A stretch of DNA of 63,522 bases, the filler included, from Octopus bimaculoides (lineage: Eukaryota), in NCBI RefSeq assembly GCF_001194135.2. It is 5 parts of 5 records of this genome, joined end to end, with 100 filler letters (N's around TTAATTAATTAA, not from the genome) between each part and the next. Parts side by side here need not be neighbours in the genome. Positions count along the whole stretch, not along the records: positions 61,480 to 63,522 come from NW_026385152.1; 4 more parts are not named here. One strand, given 5' to 3'. Under the pieces are notes generated by a model. The model was not told the origin of the DNA, ran no database searches, and saw only the letters and a program-made list of their open reading frames with translations. Within the stretch, counting starts at the first letter, position 1; every line of letters begins with the position of its first letter. Positions 63,491 to 63,522 of the stretch are shown here, in pieces. The translations under genes and the position numbers were made by a program.

Positions 63491-63522
<32 letters not shown>

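Overview
AT-rich, microsatellite-saturated eukaryotic scaffold with many N-gaps. The repeat landscape looks like an octopod cephalopod (probably Octopus; my inference from remembered SINE families, not a database result). I found no intact protein-coding, tRNA or rRNA gene and no CRISPR array; most long ORFs in the track are simple repeats or N-gaps. The window is a dense mobile-element graveyard: four tRNA-derived SINE types (labelled A-D here), non-LTR retrotransposon relics (four Dong/R4-like pieces abutting (TAA)n tracts, two CR1-group 3' ends, Tx1/L1-like and RTE-like 3' ends, a decayed zinc-knuckle gag/ORF1-like frame) and DNA transposons (a DD37E Tc1-like element, mariners, a hAT MITE, Tc1/mariner MITEs). 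The best lead is two complete type I hammerhead ribozyme folds (27031-27079, 55376-55420) in about 270-bp units between microsatellites, plus several degenerate hammerheads, suggesting Penelope-like or retrozyme-type self-cleaving elements. Boundaries and alignments were read by eye; most are approximate to 10-20 bp.
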